Source of the DNA: an archaeon
GTDB lineage: Archaea; Iainarchaeota; Iainarchaeia; Iainarchaeales; 1-14-0-10-31-34
Direction: 5' to 3'
NCBI GenBank assembly: GCA_024277355.1
Contig: JAJRVL010000004.1
Coordinates: forward strand, 240,001-272,000
DNA: 32,000 nt
Shown: positions 27,110-32,000 of the stretch, piece by piece
How positions within the stretch are numbered: position 1 is the first letter of the stretch
Layout: the number at the start of each line of letters is the position of its first letter
Program-made: the position numbers and the translations under genes
The notes under the pieces: model-generated
Database searches by the model: none
What the model was told of the DNA's origin: nothing
Seen by the model: only the letters and a program-made list of their open reading frames with translations

Positions 27110-27307
27110 TTAAAACATTCCTTTTGCAGATTTCCTTGCTTTTCTCATGCATTTTTTATGCCAGTATTGTCCAGCCCATTTTTTTTCTGAACCAGCTCCG
27201 CCACATAAAGCACAATCCTGAACATATTTTCCTTCAGGTTCTGCAGTAACTTCTTCTTTTTTTTCTATTTCTTCTTCTTTTTTCTTAAACATATCAGTTA
27301 AACCCAT
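27110..27307 (-). CDS. Small putative zinc-binding protein
   Basis: 'DCALCGGAGSEKKWAGQYWHKKCMRKARKSAKGMF' (CxxC...HxxxC) after a charged N-terminus. Start uncertain (27334, 27307 or 27292). Confidence 0.5.
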   Translation of the reverse strand: MGLTDMFKKKEEEIEKKEEVTAEPEGKYVQDCALCGGAGSEKKWAGQYWHKKCMRKARKSAKGMF

Positions 27308-27369
27308 AAAACCACAGAAAAAGATAAAGAACAAAAAATAAATAAAAGAAACGCACTATTAATAACTAA

Positions 27370-28998
27370 ATGAATAAAAAAATAAGTTTAATTTTAGTGT
27401 TTTTTATTTTAATTGGAACAACAACTATTGCAGGAGGAATAATTCTGCCGCCTCCAGTAGACAATCCTTCTCTTATAGCTGAATGGTATCCTATCTGGGA
27501 TCAAACTCCTGAAAGAGTAGGACCAGCAACCTTTATCTATTTTAAAGTTAAAACAACCTGCAATAATGGACCATGCGACAATGTAACTGCAACAATTCAG
27601 TGCTGTGAAGGAGACGGCTGTACTAACTATGTGGATATGCCTTATCCTTCAGGAAGCTGCGGCAATTCAGGAATTCTTCAGACATATACTGAAACAATAC
27701 AAGACCTTGGAAGTTTTAGTGGAGATAAATATCCTAAATGGACTCTTCACATAAATTTTCCTGGAGCACAAGGACACATATTTAATTTAAGAATAATTAC
27801 AAAAGGATCATTTATTGACACTAATTATCTTTCAGGAATGCAATTAGAAATGGATAATTATCCAGGAATTACTTTAAATTCTCCTTCTACTTCTGAAACA
27901 ACTGAAGTTTCAATTGGAGGGCAATTATCAATTAACTGGACAACAACAGATTTAGATAACGATAACATTCTTTCAAGAATTTATTATTATCCTGTAGGAA
28001 ATCCTGGAAACACACAAATGATTTATCAAAGTCCATGGCAGGCTCCGGGAACGCATTCAACTAACTGGACTATTCCTGATGTTGACACAGGAAATTATTA
28101 TTTATATGTTAATGCAAATGACAATTATACAAGCACTAATTCAAAAAATGCAACAATAAATATAAATCCTGCTCCTTCAACTCTTTCAGCTTTAATTCTT
28201 TCTCCTTCTGACTTAAATAATTTTTTTATTGGTTCAACAATAAACTTTAAGTCAAATATTAAATGCGGAAATTCTCCTTGCACTGTTAAATGGGATTCAA
28301 ATAAAGACTCAGAATGGTATTCAACAGATGAAAATTTTAGTTATTCAGGTTTAAGCATTGGAGACCATAATATTACTTTAACTGTAACTGATTCTATTTC
28401 TGAAACTGCAACTGATTCAGTTAACATAAAAATTAATCCAATTACAGCAGATGTTTTATCTATTTCAGATTTTGAAATAATTAAAGTTGAACCAAATAAT
28501 AGGTTTGCAGTAAACGGAAAAATCAGAATAAAAGCAAAAGTAAATTATTACCAAAGCCAATCAATAAGCGGAAAAGCTTTCATAATAATAAGCGATTCAA
28601 TTACACACAAAGCAATTTATGGTCCTGAACCATTTTATTTCAGTTTTACTATTCCTTCATTTGAAGAATATGACTTAAACATTGATTTAAGCAATTATCC
28701 TTTTGTTGAAAGACAAAATTACAAAGTAGAATTTTTAGCTGTAAGCAATCAAGTTGAATCATCAGGAGAATATTTTGTTAATCCAGTTGATTCTGATAGT
28801 GCTTACTGGGATGACGGAGACAGTTATTATATTCCAGATGAACAAATCCCTGAACAAAACAAAGCAAACAATTCAGGTTACCAAATAATAGAATTAGGTC
28901 CTGCAAATTTAGGGGACATAAGCCAACTACCCGAAACAAATCCTGCAATTATTTTATTAATTTTATTTAGTGTGCTGATAATAATTAAAAAAAAATAA
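27370..28998 (+). CDS. Secreted, C-terminally membrane-anchored surface protein with Ig-like/fibronectin-like repeats
   Basis: 542 aa; N-terminal signal peptide-like segment, PKD/Ig-like strands (TVDTGNYYLYVNANDNYTSTNS-type), many N-x-S/T sites, C-terminal 'NPAIILLILFSVLIIIKKK'. Confidence 0.8.
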   Translation: MNKKISLILVFFILIGTTTIAGGIILPPPVDNPSLIAEWYPIWDQTPERVGPATFIYFKVKTTCNNGPCDNVTATIQCCEGDGCTNYVDMPYPSGSCGNSGILQTYTETIQDLGSFSGDKYPKWTLHINFPGAQGHIFNLRIITKGSFIDTNYLSGMQLEMDNYPGITLNSPSTSETTEVSIGGQLSINWTTTDLDNDNILSRIYYYPVGNPGNTQMIYQSPWQAPGTHSTNWTIPDVDTGNYYLYVNANDNYTSTNSKNATININPAPSTLSALILSPSDLNNFFIGSTINFKSNIKCGNSPCTVKWDSNKDSEWYSTDENFSYSGLSIGDHNITLTVTDSISETATDSVNIKINPITADVLSISDFEIIKVEPNNRFAVNGKIRIKAKVNYYQSQSISGKAFIIISDSITHKAIYGPEPFYFSFTIPSFEEYDLNIDLSNYPFVERQNYKVEFLAVSNQVESSGEYFVNPVDSDSAYWDDGDSYYIPDEQIPEQNKANNSGYQIIELGPANLGDISQLPETNPAIILLILFSVLIIIKKK

Positions 28999-29057
28999 AA
29001 TAAAATTAACAAAAAAAACTAAATAAAAAAATAAAAAGAAAAGGAAAAATAATTTCC

Positions 29058-30218
29058 TTATTTATTTTCCATTAATTTTTTTAGAATTGGAGGGGTAGCT
29101 AAAGTTGTAAGCATTATTACTACTACTAAAACAGAATACATTCCATCTCCAATAAAAGCATGAGCTAAACCAAAAGTAGCAAAAATTAAACCTACTTCCC
29201 CTCTTGGAATCATTCCAACTCCAACCGCCATCTTTGAAGCAGGAGTTCCAATTGCACCAAAACCTGCAATAATTTTTCCCACTAAAGCAATTATTAACAA
29301 AACAATTCCTAAGGGAATTAAATCAATATTAACAGTTGAAATATTTACTGCTACTCCAGCCATAACAAAAAAAATTGGAGTAAAAACATCTCCGATTACT
29401 TCAGTTTTCTTCATTATATGTTCTTTGTGTTCTTCTCTTTCAAGAACCAAACCTGCTGCAAAAGCTCCAACAATTGCAGCTAAACCAATTAATTGAGCTA
29501 AATAACCTAAAGTTAAAGCAAAAATAACTGAAGTTACAACAAAAGTTCTCTGAACTTTTAATGCACGAATAATTTTTAGGATTGGCTCCTCTAATTTTAT
29601 TCCAATTACAACTGTTACTGCTAAAAACAAAAAAGATACAACAATTGTCTGCAATACATTAAAGATTTCAACTGAACCTGTTTCAGCTATTCCAGCTAAA
29701 ACAGACAAAATTATTAATCCTAAAATATCATCAATTACTGCAGCTCCAAGAATAATTTTTCCTTCAAGCGAAGTTACTTTTTTCATTTCACTTAAAACAC
29801 GCATTGTTACTCCAACACTAGTTGCAGTCAAAGTCGCAGCAATAAACAAAGCAGCATTAAAATTTAATAATTCAATATAAAGCAGATAAGGCAAAGCCAG
29901 CAGCATTGGAGCAACAACTCCAATTATTGCAACAATTAAAGCAGCTTTACCGCTTTTTAATAATTCATGAATATTAGATTCTAATCCAACTAAAAATAAT
30001 AAAATTATTACTCCTATTTCAGATAAAAACATTAAGATTTCTTCATGGCCAGTAATAAAACCAAATAAACTTGGCCCTAATAAAACTCCAACTAATAATT
30101 CTCCTAAAACTCTTGGCTGTTTTATTTGATCAAACAAATATCCTGCAAGTTTTGCAGAAATTAATATTACAATTAGTTTAAGCATTATTTCAGCTATTAC
30201 TTCACTTCCTCCAGACAA
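29058..30218 (-). CDS. CPA2-family cation:proton antiporter
   Basis: 386 aa; 'KQPRVLGELLVGVLLGPSLFG', 'AATLTATSVGVTMRVLSEM', 'GAAVIDDILGLIILSVLAG', 'GMIPRGEVGLIFATFGL'. Confidence 0.95.
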   Translation of the reverse strand: MSGGSEVIAEIMLKLIVILISAKLAGYLFDQIKQPRVLGELLVGVLLGPSLFGFITGHEEILMFLSEIGVIILLFLVGLESNIHELLKSGKAALIVAIIGVVAPMLLALPYLLYIELLNFNAALFIAATLTATSVGVTMRVLSEMKKVTSLEGKIILGAAVIDDILGLIILSVLAGIAETGSVEIFNVLQTIVVSFLFLAVTVVIGIKLEEPILKIIRALKVQRTFVVTSVIFALTLGYLAQLIGLAAIVGAFAAGLVLEREEHKEHIMKKTEVIGDVFTPIFFVMAGVAVNISTVNIDLIPLGIVLLIIALVGKIIAGFGAIGTPASKMAVGVGMIPRGEVGLIFATFGLAHAFIGDGMYSVLVVVIMLTTLATPPILKKLMENK

Positions 30219-30438
30219 AAAAATTCCCCCTGATTCAATTCTAAAAGAAAAAAATAATCTCAGAAAACTTTAAAAACTTAATTAAATAAATTCAGAAATT
30301 CAAAAAAAAATATTGTTTTAAAAAAAACATTAAAAAAAATAAGAAATAATTAATTAAAATTTAGTTTAGAAATAACTTTAATTAATGCAACAACAAAAAG
30401 AATAACTTTAATTACTTATTATTCTTTTTTAATATCAG

Positions 30439-30663
30439 ATGTTTGTCAAGACAATAAAAAAAATATTTAAAACTTTAAAAAAAATAGTTTCTGGTTTAAT
30501 TAATTCACTTCTTCTTTTATTAGTTTATTTCACTGCAGTGGCTTTAACTTCAATTTTTGCAAAAATTCTTGGGAAAAAATTCCTTGAAACAAAAGCAAAA
30601 AAAAGCTACTGGCAGGAAATGAAATTAAACACAAAAAAAGAAGATTATTACAGGCAATTCTGA
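30439..30663 (+). CDS. Small membrane protein resembling the C-terminal part of SxtJ-like proteins
   Basis: 74 aa; one TM followed by 'FAKILGKKFLETKAKKSYWQEMKLNTKKEDYYRQF', like the '...YW......RQF' ending of proteins encoded beside NodU-type carbamoyltransferases. Confidence 0.55.
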   Translation: MFVKTIKKIFKTLKKIVSGLINSLLLLLVYFTAVALTSIFAKILGKKFLETKAKKSYWQEMKLNTKKEDYYRQF

Positions 30664-30673
30664 GGAAAAAAAA

Positions 30674-31537
30674 ATGAATGCAGGAGAAAAAGTAAAAGAA
30701 TTTTATAACAAAACACCTTTTCCTGGTTTTGAATTAAAAAAATTTAACAGCAAAAAAGAACTCAAAATTACTGCTTCTTCTTTTGCTGAAACATTAGACA
30801 GAAGTATCCCTGAAAATGCTTCAGTAATTGATGTAGGAACAGGAACAGGCCAGTTAGCAGGATTACTTTCATTAAGAAGAAAAAAAGTTATGGGAATAGA
30901 TTTCTCTGAAAATTCTTTGAATCAAGCAAAAAAACTAAAAGAAAAATTAAAATTAAATTCACTGGAATTAAAAAAAATTGATTTATTAAATGACAAAGAA
31001 ATTGAAGCAATAGGAAAATTTGATTATGTTTTATGTTTAGGAGTATTACAGCACACTGCAAATCCATATAAAGGATTTACAAACCTGCTGAAACTACTAA
31101 AACCTAAAGGATTTATTGCAGTAGGATTATACAACAAGTTTGGAAGAATTCCACTGAAAATAAGAAAAGTTCTGACAAAAACAGTTTTCAAAGACAATGA
31201 AAAAATAAAAAAACATTTTATTTCAATGCAGTTGGATTCACTTAAAGATAAAAAAAAAACTGAAGCATGGTGGCAGGACCAGTATTTTCATCCATTTGAA
31301 TCAACTCATTTTTTAGGAGAAGTTTTAGACTGGTTTAAAAAAAATAAAATAGAATTTTATCAGACAATTCCTTCATTGAATTTTTTTGACGAACAAAAAC
31401 TGGAAATTGCAGGAGTATGGAACAAATACAATGAAACAAAACCTTCTTTTTTAAAAAGAAATTTAATTCAGTTAAGCTGGATTTGGAAAACACAAAAAGA
31501 AGGCGGATATTGGATTACTTTCGGGAGAAAAAAATGA
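30674..31537 (+). CDS. SAM-dependent methyltransferase
   Basis: 287 aa; 'ASVIDVGTGTGQLAGLLSLRRKKVMGIDFSENSLNQA', 'FDYVLCLGVLQHTANPYKGFTNLLKLLKPKGFIAVGLYN'. Confidence 0.92.
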   Translation: MNAGEKVKEFYNKTPFPGFELKKFNSKKELKITASSFAETLDRSIPENASVIDVGTGTGQLAGLLSLRRKKVMGIDFSENSLNQAKKLKEKLKLNSLELKKIDLLNDKEIEAIGKFDYVLCLGVLQHTANPYKGFTNLLKLLKPKGFIAVGLYNKFGRIPLKIRKVLTKTVFKDNEKIKKHFISMQLDSLKDKKKTEAWWQDQYFHPFESTHFLGEVLDWFKKNKIEFYQTIPSLNFFDEQKLEIAGVWNKYNETKPSFLKRNLIQLSWIWKTQKEGGYWITFGRKK

Positions 31538-32000
31538 CTTATATTCTGGGATTAAGCTGCTATTACCATGACTCTTCCGCCTGCCTGCTTAAAAACGGAA
31601 AAATAATTGCAGCAGCAGAAGAAGAAAGATTTACAAGAAAAAAACACGACAACTCTTTTCCTTTTAATGCAATAACATTCTGCTTAAAAAAAGAAAAAAT
31701 CACAATACAAGAAATAAACTTTATTGCTTTTTATTAAAAACCTTTAATTAAATACGAAAGAATTCTTTCACAATACATTGAAACTTTTCCTTTAGGTTTT
31801 GTGAATTTTATTAAGAATATGCCTTTATGGCTGACAGAAAAATTAAAAGTAAGAGAAACAATCAAAAAAAAACTTAAATTTAAAGGAGACATTTTTTTTA
31901 TTGAACACCACTTATCACACGCAGCAAGTGCATTTCTTTGTTCTCCTTTTCAGGAAGCAGCAATACTTACAATTGACGGAGTAGGCGAATGGACTACAAC
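31534..32000 (+). CDS. NodU/SxtI-type carbamoyltransferase (runs off window), interrupted by an in-frame TAA at 31735-31737
   Basis: 'ILGLSCYYHDSSACLLKNGKIIAAAEEERFTRKKHDNSFPFNAI', then after the TAA 'KPLIKYERILSQYIETFP...FFIEHHLSHAASAFLCSPFQEAAILTIDGVGEWTT'. ATGA overlap with the methyltransferase gene. Confidence 0.92.

Noticed and set aside
6414-31737. Genome-wide reassignment of TAA to glutamate
   Set aside because: Many intact genes here, including purM itself (TAA at 27043-27045) and gatE, end with TAA at the expected homolog length, so a global reassignment does not fit. Kept only as local anomalies.
1-32000. CRISPR array, transposase, integrase or provirus
   Set aside because: No regularly spaced direct repeats and no recognisable mobile-element or phage genes in any of the supplied ORFs.

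Overview
The window is an AT-rich archaeal chromosomal segment, probably from a DPANN-type archaeon (inference from gene content and small gene sizes). Archaeal markers are GatD and GatE, Dph6, archaeal-type ATP-dependent DNA ligase, AlaX, and a tRNA-Pro(TGG) with a canonical BHB intron. The gene content is mostly housekeeping: a methionine-synthesis trio, glycosyltransferases, ProRS, DNA ligase, an Fsa/transaldolase-like gene, GatD...GatE, Pgi/Pmi, ROK kinase, RpiA, PurM, an antiporter, and a SxtJ-like/methyltransferase/NodU-type carbamoyltransferase cassette at the right edge. No CRISPR array, transposon or classical defence island was seen. The most notable signals are: (1) three genes from conserved families (proS, purM, NodU-type carbamoyltransferase) each interrupted by one in-frame TAA with homology continuing in the same frame, at an expected Glu codon in at least two cases; (2) a divergent RelA/SpoT-like synthetase-fold protein, with a separate HD - CYTH - arrestin-like - MscS run between gatD and gatE; (3) a perfect 20-bp palindrome upstream of the split metE/MTHFR-like operon; (4) a tRNA-Pro intron with textbook BHB and competing internal pairings; (5) GC-elevated structured non-coding patches; (6) a PIN-like/helical protein pair with coupled start and stop.
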